Shown: positions 27,355-41,940, counted from the first letter of the stretch. The stretch: DNA of 64,000 bases from Geosiphon pyriformis uo1 (GCA_016748015.1 JAAOMT010000009.1:1489924-1553923); one strand, 5' to 3'. Translations and numbers: made by a program. The notes: generated by a model from the letters alone, not told the origin.

Positions 27355-28126
27355 CTAACATAATTAAAATAAAAACACATAAGGTTAAGACCCAACTGTT
27401 ATAATACCTTTTTTATGCCCACTAAATTTCTATTTATCTCTCTTTCTCTCTCACACGCTGCCACCAACAAAAACTCATACATAATATCAATTTTTTCTAT
27501 GTGCTATTGATAATGATTTCTTTTTTAATTTTTGAATACAAAGCAAATGATGAAGCAAGTTTTTTTTGTATTTGCATCCACATTTACGCTTACATATTTA
27601 AACTACAATACAAATATNNNNNNNNNNNNNNNNNNNNTTTTTTTTTTTTTTCTTCTTTTTCTTTTTCTATTTCTTTCTTTCTTTCTTTCTATTTCTATTT
27701 CTATTTTCTAGTTTTCTCCTCTATTCTTTTTTCCAAAGTAGTTTTAACAATGCATGTTTAAACCTTATTAAAATTTTGTGATATTTTGAATTCGTATCAA
27801 TGATTTAATGTTGCATTGTGGGAGTATTATGATAATAATAATAATAATGATTATGATTATGATGATGGCATGTACAAAAGTATGAAATAAATTTTTNNNN
27901 NNNNNNNNNNNNNNNNNNNNNNNNNNNNNNNNNNNNNNNNNNNNNNNNNNNNNNNNNNNNNNNNNNNNNNNNNNNNNNNNNNNNNNNNNNNNNNNNNNNN
28001 NNNNNNNNNNNNNNNNNNNNNNNNNNNNNNNNNNNNNNNNNNNNNNNNNNNNNNNNNNNNNNNNNNNNNNNNNNNNNNNNNNNNNNNNNNNNNNNNNNNN
28101 NNNNNNNNNNNNNNNNNNNNNNNNNN

Positions 28127-28294
<168 letters not shown>

Positions 28295-28874
28295 GATGAC
28301 GATTACGATGACGATAATGATGAAATATCATCCAAAGATGGGAAAATGGTGAGAGAATAATGTTTCAACTTTTTTTTTTTTTTTTCATGAAAAACTTTTT
28401 ACTCGTGGCTCTCCGTCATTTCGAATTGAATTGAATTGAATTGACAAAGAGAAGGAAAAATTCAAAGTTTATTTTTGGTCAACATTCATTCTATAAACGT
28501 TTGATAATTACTTTGAAAACCTTTTGAATTTGATAATTCCATATCTTCGGCCTAATCGATTATATATATAAAGTAGAACTTCTACCCAGTAAAAAAAATC
28601 TCAATCAAAATTGAAATTCGTATAGAGTGAAAAGAAATGAGATCGATTCATCAATCGGAAAGGTAAAAAAGATATTTTTGATTAAAATTTTTGACTTCTT
28701 TTCCAGCTAACCTATAGAACTACCAAAATAATGTTTGTTATGAAAATCTTTTTTTACGAGGATCCTCAAACATCCCTTATAGTTATATCACGGAAATATT
28801 ATAAAAAGAATATATACATGCATGCATAGTGACAGGTGGCGAACACTTGACAGTGTTACTAAAAACTCATCCCC

Positions 28875-28909
<35 letters not shown>

Positions 28910-29292
28910 CCCCTATATGAATTTTAATCCCATACGTACAACTATTCTTTACAAAATTCAAAAACACTTGGCAGTTACCAGTTTAGGTGACTTTTTAATT
29001 TTGTTTAAACGATTCTCTTTGTACAAATTTTATGTTGTTTGCTACAATGGACACAAACTTTTTTATTTTTTATTTTTTTCAAACAATGTTACAATGTTGA
29101 AAATTCCCAAAATAATAACCTGATTTCTGAAACCAAAGTTGGATCATTACCTTTCTTTGGATTTTCAAAGAGAATTATAAATCTTTTGTTTCAATTTTAT
29201 TGAACTTTTATAATCTACTACCACTTATCATTACCACCACTACCACTACCACTACTATTACCACTACTATTACCACTACTATTACCACTACT

Positions 29293-29334
<42 letters not shown>

Positions 29335-29438
29335 TAATAATAATCATCATCATCATCATCATTATCGTAACCATTATCAGTTAATTAATCTCAATGAATT
29401 AAACATGTTTAAAAAAAGATAAGTTAGAATGATATTCG

Positions 29439-29505
<67 letters not shown>

Positions 29506-30306
29506 TCGGGTTTCGTTTGAAGCGGTGAGGATTTACAATTGTTACGTCTGTTCGTTCACATATATCCGAATGAACCGTCTATCAACTCCTCATTTATTAA
29601 TTTCAAGTCTTATAGGTTGTTCAATGGGGTTTTTCAATTTCTCTCTCCCTCTCAAAAAAAATAAAATAAAAAGATCAACACATTACCAGTTACACAAGAA
29701 ATATATTTTTTAATTATTAATCTCATTCATTCAGCTTTTATAGCCAAAGAATAAAGATTAAATGAGGATTTATTGAATTTACATAAATAGAATCTTTTCA
29801 TTCTTCGAATTATCACGGTATCGTTCATTATTAAAACGGTTAGCCTAAATACATGGTTAACGACGATAATCATTAAATTTCCCATACGATACGATATGAT
29901 ATGATCATAAAGACTTTTATTCGTTTTTAAAATTGGAAAGGTAATTAAATTTTTTGAAATTTCAAAATATATCATGATTTCAAAAAAAAAAACCTTTATT
30001 CATTTATTCACTCATTTATTCATTCATTTATTCATTACCTAATGGATCTCACATCCTTTTTTTTTTTCCAATTGCGACATATAACAAATAACAAACTTAA
30101 TCCCTGAAAATTGAAACGTATTTCAAAACAATCATTACAAATCAAAACTTCAAACCTTTTTTTTATCAAGTTCATTTGGGATTATGTCCTAAAGTATTTT
30201 AATTTTTTGGTTTTTGATTTGAAAAAAAAAAAAAAAAAATTTTTCCCAAAAAATCAAAAACGCCCTTCTTCATTCTTTTTCATTCATCAAACCTGCCTCC
30301 AATTTG

Positions 30307-30345
<39 letters not shown>

Positions 30346-30774
30346 CAAGTTAATCATTTCTTCAAAAAAGAAATCATTTTTAGAAATGATTATCGTGTTC
30401 AAAACTGACCAAATACCTTCTCAGAAAGTGTCTTCTAAAATTCTTTTATTTACCATTACCAGCCACTGATTTTGAACCCTATGATCATTAATGTTTAACA
30501 GGGATAAACCCTTTGTATCAATTTTAATTTTTCTTAATTTTGGTAAAAGATCCCCCCGAAATTTTCATTGAACTATTTAGAATTGGATGGGTAAGATCAA
30601 AAATTAGCGCGGATTAAAAACTATTCTCTCTGTTGTTATGTAGGGCCAAGGACACCTATAAAATGAGCTGTAATCTTTTTTAAGCTGAGCCTTTTTTTTA
30701 ATTAAATAAAATATTGGTTTTGCATTATTTTTTTGTTTTTATTAATAAAAAAATAACTTATTTAATATTTACTC

Positions 30775-30776
<2 letters not shown>

Positions 30777-30871
<95 letters not shown>

Positions 30872-30905
30872 GTTATTGTTATTGTTATTGTTATTATTAT
30901 TATTA
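30777..30905. repeat. (TTA)n microsatellite
   Basis: Direct reading. Confidence 0.9.
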
Positions 30906-33387
30906 AATAAATCTGTTTTTATTTTTTTATTAACAATTATTTACAAAATTTTTGCACCCTTTTTTTCATTTATTTTATGTTATCAAGTTTTTAAAGTCAA
31001 TGACTTGTAATTAAAATTAAAATATAATTAATTTTTTGATTTTATAAAGTTTAAATACTATTTTGAAATAATTTTACATTTTATATTTGGTTTAATGCTG
31101 TATAATAAAATAAAAACAATTTTTTTTTAATTGCCAAGAGTTAATAAAATATATTTTTTTGAAAACATATTTTAAAATTAATTTAAACAGCAAATTTTTA
31201 TAATTGTGAATATTTAATTCATAAATTTAAAAAATAAAATGTAACAAAAAATTTTCAGGTTATATTATCATCCATAATCACTAAATCATAGTTTTATTCT
31301 TTTTTTAGTTTACTATTTATTATTAAAAACTAACAGCCAAAGACTAAATTTTAAAAAAAGATTTTCTATTTGATTATGTATTGTGTTTAAATGTTGGTGT
31401 TTTGAAGATCTATTAATTGTGAAAGTCAAAAAAAAAATTTAATTAATTAATTGTGGATTTTTAGTCATCAATTTAGTAATTTCATCAGTTAGATTTGATC
31501 AGTTTCAATTTAAAAAAAAAAAACAAAAAAAAACAAAAGATTTGGTTTTTTAAAGTTAAATAATATATTATTCATTTAAAAAGGGCTTTTGGGAGTACGA
31601 TCATGTCTAGTCTTTTTTTTTTTTTTAAAAGTAATGTGGTCATGGTGACCTTAATTATTTGTTTGATGTTATTTGAGATAAATATTTTTCCCAATTTGAA
31701 ATTTCTCATCTTCCCCATTTAAACACCATTAAGTTATTATATCATATTAAAGAACCCTATTTAAACTACGATAAATTAGATAATAGTCGCGTTCCCTCCG
31801 ACACGTAACATGTCGGATTGATTTGACTGATTGATTGATCGATTTTCCGGAAATATTTACTAATCCAGTGAAATGATGAACGCCTCTTACGTCAATAGAA
31901 ATTTTATTATTTTTTTGTTCACATTTAAGACCCTACTCTAGACTAATCAAATGGCCTTGATGATCCTAATCCTTCAGAGCTCAAAATAGTAATATTTAAA
32001 TTCGTCCGTGGAGACGGGTTAGAAACTTGAAAATTTGTGGCAGGTTACAATTTATGAGATATTTATTTGGAACATTTTTATATGATTCGTTCATTTTTTT
32101 TTTTATTTTTTTTTTATTTTTTAGGTTTTTGATTTTCTTTTCTAAAGCGGTTATTATTGTTGACGTTTAACGGCGTATTCTGGATTTTTATTGAAAAAAA
32201 GTTAGTTGTTGTAAATCCCTATAAACATTTTGATTCCAAAGGGGGTGGGGTAAGGGGAGAAACAGGAATGAAAAACTTTTTGATATTAATATCATGATCC
32301 CAGGAAATTTTTTTATTTGAATCTTTCGCAATTGTCGGCGTACTCGGATTTATGAAAAGGTGGTAAACTAGATCGGATTGAATAACTGTAAAACATTAAT
32401 AATTTGTAATTTATATTATTGGGTTGTATTGTGTTGTATTGGATTTTAAAAATAAATAAATTACAATTTAAAAATTAATAATAAAAATAACTCTTTGTTT
32501 TTTCTTATTGCTTTATTGAGTATAATTCTTTTACAATTTACTCTATACATGTTTAACAATAAAAAAATTTAATATATTATTTAGATTTGTTTTATTAACT
32601 ATAAAACTTTTTAAAATTTTTTGCAAAAGTGTTTTTTTTTTTAATTATTTTTAATGTGTGTTACAATTATAATAAATTTATTTTTAATCAGTATTTTCAA
32701 TAATTATTATTATTATTATTATTATTATTAAAAAATATGTATAACTGTACTTTTAAGTATTTTAATATAATTTAAAAAGAAATTATTATTATTATTATTA
32801 TTTGAGCTTTTTGACAAAACTTTGGTTTAAATATAAAAATTAAAAAAATAATAACTTTTATATATAATTTTATATTAACAAAATAATTTGTAAAAATCTT
32901 AAAATTAATTACAAATTTTGTCTGTAGATAAAAAACCAGTTTATTAATCTTAAAAACAATATAATTAAATAAAAAATTTAATAATTTAATTTTAAAAATA
33001 AAAAATTCTAATATTTTTTTTTTTAATAAAAACTAATTAACAGCCAAACCAGTATTTAAAAATATATATAGCTTAATTTTAATAATTTTGTTCTTTTTAC
33101 ATAATTTTAATGCTAATTTTTATAATATGTATTGTAATTTTTTGTGTAAAAGTATTGTATTTTAACTCAAACATGTTATAATATCTAATAAAAAATAATA
33201 TATTAAATAATATTAAATTAACTAATTAAATATATATATATTTTATTAAATTTAATGAGTACAGTCCAATTACTATCTAAAAACATATAATAATAAAAAA
33301 GCAGTAAAACTTCTTTCTTTCTTACATCCCAAATTCCCCAAAAAGCACGTTTTTAAAAGTAGTTTCTTTGTTTTTTGTTTTTTCTAC

Positions 33388-35338
33388 TTGCTATATTTCA
33401 CTATTTCTCTTACAAATAATCCATTTGTTGTGGACCTGGAAGCTACTCTCAGCAGTGGTATGTTGGATAAGAAAGCTCCTGTTGGTGCTTTTTATAGTTC
33501 TACTGGTGGCTCTTCCTCTCAAAAGAAAAGAGTTTCTCTTCACCATATAAATCAGTCTGGTGATAAGAAAGAAGCTGCTTTGGCCAAACCTCGTTCTAAA
33601 GAAAGTCAATACTTGAATATGGAAAGTGATTCTGATGACAGTATTACTGATGACATATTGGCTGGTTGTGGTGGTGGTTCTCCTTTCGGCTCAGCTACAA
33701 CAACTTCTAAGACAAAGAAGGTTAAGAATAATTTGGACTGCAGTTCTCTTCTTGGTTCCTTGGATTATAACATGGATAATGATAATGGTAGTTCCCTCCT
33801 TTCTCCTCTTGGTATTTCTCTGAACAGAATTTGGTTAGACCCTAAAATTATTAAGACTCAAGTTAAAGTAGTGGTTAAGAAATCATTTGCTTTAGATATT
33901 AATATATCAAATGTGGAAGACAAATCGATGACGGCAAAGACTCAGCTCATAAAACAAATTTTCTCAAAAATCAATGGTTTTGGGGGGGGCCACTATCCCC
34001 TCAAAATTTGAAGAGATCATCAGATCTATGTTCACATCAGAAGAAAGCATGAAAAAAGCTGCCTCATTGGCTGAAAAAAATGGAATCATCGTAAACACCA
34101 ATCTTAAAAGACAAGAAGTGTATTCAGATTGGGCTGTGGTGATAAAAAAGATTCCCATGGACATGCCAAAGGAGATGATTGTCACCACAGTATCCGAGTA
34201 TGGTCAGATTGTATCTATCAAAGTTCAGTTAATTGGGCTGTGGCAGAAGGCTATGGTGGAGTTTGCTGAATCTAGCCAGGCTGATCTGTTGGCATCAAAA
34301 TGGTCATTTCTAATTGGGAAAGATTCTGTGCGTGTAGCCAAGGCTGTGGGAGATCGTGAGACATGGGCTTTTAGGGATTAATTCAGGGTGTTTCTGTTTA
34401 TATTGCCAGTAAGAATGACAGCTCATGATCTTGGAACTCTTTTGGAAGGAGCTGGTGGGAAAACTTGTATCATCAATTGTTCATTGGAGACTGGTAATAG
34501 AACTCGCTATGCTGTAGTCTGTTTTGAATCTGATGAAGCTATAGAATCAGCTTTTTGCATGAAGCCAATCTTTGGTAATGTGAAACTCTTATGGACTAGG
34601 TTGGATTTAGTTTGCTGTGAACAGTATGAAAAATTTGGTCATTCTGTCTTGGAATGTGATGCTGAGGTTGCGTCAGCTTCTTAGTCACTCAAGTCATTTA
34701 AAAAGCCTGCTAACTTGGATACTCATCTCCAGTTGGCCAAATTATATGCTAAAAAGAAGATTCCGATCTCTCATTCCATTGTTTTTGGAGGCAAATCCTG
34801 GGCCCAAGTGGTCTCAGTTGCTTCAGTCTCTCATGGTTCTCGTGATGGCTCTGGTTCTGGTTCTCTGCCCTTTGGTGCTTCAAGTTCTGGCAGTATCTCT
34901 CCCCCTATTTCTGTGATCGATCTCCCTTTGGGTACACATTTGGGATGTCTAAAACACTCTGTAGAGCTCTTATCTGATCAAATTTCAAACATTCTTCTTC
35001 GTCTTGACAATCTCAGTTTGGTGCGTTCAGCTCCTTCTTCTAGTGTGATTCCTTTTGTGGGTACTCTTCATTCATCCGTCTTTGGTTCTCTTATGGTAGC
35101 TGACTCTGACTTGGGTTCCAACATGATGTTAAATGTTCCTTTAATTCAGCCTATTTTTCTCTTTTCTGGCAATAACAATTCTCAATTGGGTCTGAGCAGT
35201 TCCAAGGTACTGATTTCTAAAATTGGCATTCTAGAGTCAAAGTTGGTTGCCCTTGATGCCTCCATTGGCTCAATTTTGGTGAAGTTAGAACAGATGTGTG
35301 CTGGTTTGGGTCCTCTGGTCCTCTCCTTATCTCAATGA
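33388..35338 (+). pseudogene. LINE A ORF1 (RRM-like region, CCHC-knuckle relic, coiled coil)
   Basis: Chain of ORF pieces 33388-35338, including the relic CCEQYEKFGHSVLEC. Homologous to 48520-46622. Confidence 0.8.
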
Positions 35339-38300
35339 CCAGTTATATTTGGAAAATTGCCACATGCAATGTTAAAGGAATGAACAATCCTGCAAAACAG
35401 GAGGATATTATTCATTGGCATAAAGAAAGGAACAATATTATTTCAATTGTTACTGAGACTAAGTTGAAAGATGGGATTTGCCCTTGGATCATGAATAAGT
35501 TTGTTGGTGTTCGGGCTTTTACTTCTGGTTTAAATTCTGGTTACATGGATTCTGGGATTGCAATCATTATGAACAATTTCTTGGCTCGGCATGTGTGTAA
35601 GGTTTTGGACATTCCTGGCCAGTTTCTTTCTATCAAGCTTCTCTTCAAAAATAAACTGTCTGTGTCAGTTTTGGAGCTGTATGCTGGATCATCTTTGGCA
35701 GTACATTTCTCTCAGATGGATGATATCAATTCTTTGATTGCGAGGGCAGTAAATGAGTCTTCCTTCATCATCTTGGGTGGTGATTTCAATGAAGATGGTT
35801 CTCACAAAAGTGCCAGCTTCAGAAAATGTTTTGATTTGGGTTTGGTCAACTCTTTGAGTAGAAGCTTGTCTGGAAAGGAAGCTACATGGGCTAATTCTTA
35901 TGGAATGACTAAAATTATTGATTATGTGTTTGTGTCATTGAGTCTGGTTAATGCAATTCTGGATTGTGATGTGTCTGGTGTTGAAGAGTATTTTGATACT
36001 GATCATAAAGCTGTTTCTGTTTCTGTGGGTCTTGGTGGTTTACTAGATGCGCGGTTGAACTTATTGCACAAACAAGTAAATAAGAATCATTGAAAGTACA
36101 ATTTTGTGAATGCTGGTGATGCTGAATGGATCATGTTTAAAGAGGATATGTCAGTGAATGCTGCCATGTTCCATGATGAATTTTATGCTGCCAAGATGAG
36201 TTTGGACCTGAACACAATATGGGATCGCCTCTGCCGAGTGGTGTGTTTGTCAGCTGAGAATGTTTTCAAAAAAAAGTGGTTTAAGAGTTTTGATAGTGTC
36301 TATAATAAAGTATCATCCAGATTTCACAAATTAGAACTTTTGGTGTTGAAGATTGTCAAAGTCTCTCATCTGGTCTCTCATGAAGAGTTTGTTTCTCTAC
36401 TTGATACATGGAAATAAATTGATCCTGCTAATACTTCTGTTGTGGATTCTCTGTTTCTTTCGGGTTCCCATTTTGATACCATTCATTCAGCTTTGGCCAA
36501 GATCAGGAAATCCTACCATTCATCTAAGTTGTCAGAATCAAACTGTGCCAAAGAATCTCAGATCAAGTTGGCGATTGACAAAAGAATAAAGAGTTTTGAG
36601 TTGAACAAAGGTTATACTGTACATAGTGTTTTGGAGCAACCCTTTCGCAAAGTGGTTTTAGACCATTTGGTGGTGGGAGATGAGCTGGTGTTGGATCCTG
36701 CTTCAGTGAAGTCCAAGGTGGATGAGATTATAGAAGGTTGGACTAGAAAGCGAAGGGTGGTGCTCGATGTTAATAATGAGTGGTCTCGCCAGTATTGTCC
36801 TTTAGGTTATGTTTTCGACAAAGCTTTTTCTGGTGTAATGGGTTTAATCAACTTTGACAAACTGTTTAGGGTTGTTTCCAACCTGCCAGATGGCAAAGCT
36901 GCTGGCCTTTTAGGTATCTCAAATGAGCTTTAGAAACATTGTGATATTTTGGTTCTTAATATGCTCTTAGTGCTTTTGAACTTTTGTTTATCTGAGGAAT
37001 TTGTCCCTGGCCCTTGGAGGGAAGCTTGGATTTCAATGATTCCCAAACCATATGAATGAGAGGGTGTTCTTACGAANNNNNNNNNNNNNNNNNNNNAAAT
37101 TGATCCTGCTAATACTTCTGTTGTGGATTCTCTGTTTCTTTCGGGTTCCCATTTTGATACCATTCATTCAGCTTTGGCCAAGATCAGGAAATCCTACCAT
37201 TCATCTAAGTTGTCAGAATCAAACTGTGCCAAAGAATCTCAGATCAAGTTGGCGATTGACAAAAGAATAAAGAGTTTTGAGTTGAACAAAGGTTATACTG
37301 TACATAGTGTTTTGGAGCAACCCTTTCGCAAAGTGGTTTTAGACCATTTGGTGGTGGGAGATGAGCTGGTGTTGGATCCTGCTTCAGTGAAGTCCAAGGT
37401 GGATGAGATTATAGAAGGTTGGACTAGAAAGCGAAGGGTGGTGCTCGATGTTAATAATGAGTGGTCTCGCCAGTATTGTCCTTTAGGTTATGTTTTCGAC
37501 AAAGCTTTTTCTGGTGTAATGGGTTTAATCAACTTTGACAAACTGTTTAGGGTTGTTTCCAACCTGCCAGATGGCAAAGCTGCTGGCCTTTTAGGTATCT
37601 CAAATGAGCTTTAGAAACATTGTGATATTTTGGTTCTTAATATGCTCTTAGTGCTTTTGAACTTTTGTTTATCTGAGGAATTTGTCCCTGGCCCTTGGAG
37701 GGAAGCTTGGATTTCAATGATTCCCAAACCATATGAATGAGAGGGTGTTCTTACGAATACTTGTCCTATTGTACTAATTAAGACGGCTTGCAAGATTCTC
37801 TCCAAAATACTCTCAGACAGGATTTCTTCAGCATACAGCACTCATAATGTCCTTCGTGGTGACAATTTTTTGGTTTTGAAAGATATGATGACACAGTCCC
37901 CCATTTTTGCAGTTGGTTTGGTTGTTGAGGATGTCCTGAAAAAGACCCAAGAACTTTGGCTGGTCTTGCAGGATATGAGAAAAGTGTATGATTCAGTTGG
38001 CTGAAAGCATTTGGAGAAATGTCTGGTCAGAATTAAAATGTGCAACAGGTTCATTCGGTTTTTTGGCAGCATTCACAAAGGTCGCACTAATCGAGTTATG
38101 ACAAATTTTGGTTTAACAAATGGTTATTGGGTCCATGATAGTTTAGATCAAGGAGAGGTCTTTTCCCCTTTTCTGTGGCACATTTTTTATAATCCTCTTT
38201 TGTGCGAAGTCAAGCATCAGAAGAATATATGTGAGTATAGGCTTATTTCTCATTTCATTTTCAAGAGTGATCGTGTCGAGTTGCAGGCTGGGCTTTTTTC

Positions 38301-40704
38301 CTGTTTTGCTGCTGGCACCTTTGTTGATGATACAATTTGGGTTGGCAGTAGTTAGAGTGCTACTTAACACATTTTGGATGTTGTTAGCGAGTTTTTCCAG
38401 ATTAATGACATTTCAATAAACAATGACAAAACTGTAGCTATTCCAATCAATTGTAGGATTGAAAATTCCATTCTTTTCATTAGTGGTTCACCTATCTCTG
38501 TTGCCAAAAAAAGTGAATCCCATCAGTATCTAGGCATATTTCTGTTAACTGAGGGTCTTTCCAAATCCAGTTTAGCTAAAGTGCATTCAGACATTCGTCT
38601 TTTTACAAATTTGGTTCTGAAAAAAGCTATCTCAGATAAGCAGTTCTTATATTTGGTTTTAGTGGTTCTCCAGCCTATTATTAGCTACAGGACACAATTT
38701 AGCTTTGTTCCTATTGGCATTTGCAACAAGTGAGATGCTATGATTCATAAGGGCCTGAAGCTCAAATCTGAACTTCTACTCGACTTTCCTAGTGATTCAA
38801 TTCACCACTCCTCCTTTTATAGTTTGAAATTTTTCCTACAGATTCAGTCTGAAGACAAGGTTGCTTCTCTTATTAATTTTGCCAACTCTGATGGGATTGT
38901 AGAACATTTGTTCTCTTATAGGTCTTATGATCTGCAGATTTTATGTTGGCGCTCTATTCATCCATTGAGTTCTCCTGTTTGTATTCATGTTAGCGCCTCT
39001 AATAATTTTCTGGTGGGTGTGGTTTGCGTGCTTTATAATTGCAAATTGTCTTTGGGTGAATCCTTTGCCAATTCCTTTCGTGTCAATAGTGAGATGCCCA
39101 TGTCAACTGTTTTGGGTGAATCAGTTTTCTCCAGGTGTCTTCCTTCACTTCAGTGATATAGTGTGGCCTTTGTAGACCAACTTTGTGATCATCATGGTAC
39201 AGTTTTTGATTGGTCCACATTTAAGTAATAGAAGAAACTGGACCCCCATGGCCCTATTCCTGAATGGTTTAGGCTTTCTGCTGTGTTTCTTGCTGGTAAG
39301 AATTCCTCTCCTGCTCGCACCCCAGTTCTTGCTAATATTGGTCCTTTGGACATTCTGGGTTCCTTTGGCTTTGTGTCTATCTGTGATCATCTTTCGCGGG
39401 TTAATACAAGAGTGTTGTCTGTTTATACTGATAGGTTATTGAGAAATTTGGGTACAGTTGGCTGTAAAATGGATGCTGCGGCTTTTTTCGAGGACATTGG
39501 TATGAGTTTGGGTGTTAATGTGTCTGGCTTGATGTCATCTACAATGGCTGAGTTATAGACAATTGTGTTGGCTCTCGAGTGTGTTCTTGTTTTTAGTAAT
39601 GTCCATTTGTTTTCGGATAGTCAGTCTGCTTTGGATGCTTGCAAATCGGAATTGGGTATGGTGGCTCCTGATTTCTGGAATTGATGTTGGATTGAGCGTC
39701 GGCATATTGCCAACATTATTTCCAGTAAGATCCTAAATGTTACTTGGCACAAAGTCAAAGGTCATTCTGGGATTTTGGAAAATGAGTATGCTGATGTGAT
39801 TGCCGGTGCTGATTCTGTTTCTGACTGGTTTTTTCTTCATTGCCTAGATGAACACTTTTTGATGACTGATGGCAATGTTGTCTCTGGCAATTCAAGACAC
39901 TTTGTCCATGACACTTTTTATGCCATGTGTTGTGTATGTTGAAAAGTGGGGTCTGGTTCTAAATTTTTGCCTGACAACTTGCAGACTGATGTTGATTGGT
40001 CTTGCTCTTCTTTGGTGTGGCATTCTAATTTGCATATGGTCACCAGTTTCACTAGCAGGATTTCGGCTAATGCACGCTCTTATTTTATGAAGGCTTTGCA
40101 TCATTAGTTGCCTGTGGCTGTGCGAAAATGGCTTTATAATAAACTTTATCCCAGTGTGTTGTGTCTATATTGTGATAACGTGGAGATATCGGATTATGTT
40201 TTTTCTTGTGAGATCAATGATTCTGCTTGGTGTCGGTTGTTGGATTCTTACATGAACACTTGAAAGACACTTTCTGGTTCTTTTGTCTCTTCTTCATGTT
40301 TGTTGCAGTTGTTGTCATCTTGTGTTTCAGGTTCCTCAATGTCTATGGCTTTTCATAAGGGTTTTGTTTTTGATAATTGGTTTTGTGAAGCTGTCTCTGT
40401 TTTCCATAGTCCCAAGATAGCATGTTTGAAGATTATTAATTTTGCACGTTTTCTTGGCCTCACTTTTAGAGATGAGATATGGTTGGTTCATGCCAAACAT
40501 TATGCCTATATGGAAAAGCCCAGACTGATTCCTTTAGATGGCTCGTCTCCTACTTTGGTCTCTGGTTTGACTTTGCATCTTTTTGCTGGTGTGATTGATT
40601 TGCTTGGTATTGATGAAGCTTTTAGTGTACATTTTGGTTTTCGCAGGTTTTACATGTTTTTTTCCAGCATTGGTAATTCAGTTTCTGTTTATATAGCTGT
40701 GTAG
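35335..40704 (+). pseudogene. LINE A ORF2: AP endonuclease - RT - RNase H - Cys/His finger
   Basis: APE motifs IATCNVKG, ILGGDFN, IDYVFVS, DTDHKAV. RT motifs LQDMRKVYDSV, LDQGEVFSP, FVDD. RNase H motifs VYTD, AEL, FSDSQ, HKVKGHSG..NE.AD. C-terminal CLYC. Confidence 0.9.
37097..37757 (+). other. Exact 661-bp duplicate of 36416-37076 across a 20-N gap (probable assembly artefact)
   Basis: Identical 163-aa ORFs offset by 681 bp, flanking the gap at 37077-37096. Confidence 0.85.
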
Positions 40705-41753
40705 TGTTGTTCTGACTGGCCCGAGTGGCTGGTCACGTGTAGAAAGTACATGATTCACACCTAGTTTAGATTATTTCTTTGATGTATAGTGCTAGGTTGT
40801 GTGTGGACCTTACTCATTATAAAAATAAAATAAAAAAAAAAACATATAATTATACAAGATCTTATCTTAAGTATAACTCTAATTAAAAAAATAATATAAT
40901 AAAGAAAAAAATACTAAAAATTTCAAAAATATTTCAAAAATATAAAAATAACAGATTTATTAAAAAATTTCAAAAATACCAAAAATATCAAAAATAATAA
41001 CAATAAACAATAAAAAAATAATAAAAATACCAAAATATTTATTATTATTAAAATTAATATATATATTTAAGTAAAAATAAATAAAAATAAAAATAAAAAG
41101 CTTTTTAATTTTATCTTAAAAAATTATTTTCATATTGAATTTTAAATTAAATACTTTTAATCAAAACAATTAATATTATAAAATTAAATATATAATTTTA
41201 AATATTATTATTAATTTTCAATTAAATTAAATTGTTTTTCAAAACAATTAATATTAAAAACATAAAAATCAGATATTATAGTTTTAAATTAATAGCTATT
41301 AATAATAATTATTAATAAAATACTAATTTTTTATTTTTTTTATTTGTTATTTTTTATATTTTGATTATTTTATTTATTATATTAAATTAATTTATTAAAA
41401 ATTATTATTAAAATTATAATATTAAAAATTATTTAATAAAAAACATAAAAAAAAATTAAATATCAACTATTAAAAGCCATTAAATTATTAAATTTCTGTT
41501 TTTTATACAAAAAATTAAAATTTTTAAATAATATATAATAACATTAAATTTTAAATTATAATTTTATAAATCTGTTTATAATATTATTTAAAAATTAAAA
41601 TACAGTTTTAATATAAGTTATTTTAACTTTTATAATTTTATTAAGCATTAAAATAAAAAATTATTTATTTAAAAAATTTTTGATAATTGTAAAATTTTTT
41701 TAAATATTATTAAAAACAGTATTTTTAAAAAATAAAAGAAAAAAAATTAATTT

Positions 41754-41825
<72 letters not shown>

Positions 41826-41940
41826 TAATGAGTGAAGTCCAAATGCTATTTACTACTATACATCAAAGAATTAATCTAAAGTAGGCATGAATCATGCATT
41901 TTTTACACGTGACCAGTCACTCGAACCAGTTAGAACAACA

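Larger units (their letters stand above)
33292..40837 (+). mobile_element. Full-length LINE (non-LTR retrotransposon) A with RNase H, pseudogenised
   Basis: ORF1, ORF2, 3' UTR and A-tail are all present. 13-bp TSD AAAAACATATAAT at 33279-33291 and 40838-40850. Confidence 0.93.

Noticed and set aside
31797-31817. Perfect 7-bp inverted repeat TCCGACA-N7-TGTCGGA
   Set aside because: A single short occurrence, expected by chance in 64 kb. No second copy was seen.
36416-37757. Tandem duplication within LINE ORF2
   Set aside because: The copies appear identical and flank a 20-N gap, while all true repeats are heavily mutated. This points to an unmerged contig overlap.
40711-40760. Hammerhead ribozyme in the LINE 3' UTR (CTGA...GAAA)
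   Set aside because: It lacks the CUGAnGA core and the correct three-stem arrangement, and the motif is not kept in copies B and C.
33251-40825. Apparent terminal inverted repeats around LINE A (TAATGAGT..GTCCA / TGGAC..ACTCATTA)
   Set aside because: Explained by insertion into an antisense LINE 3' end. The TSD and poly(A) show target-primed retrotransposition, not a DNA transposon.
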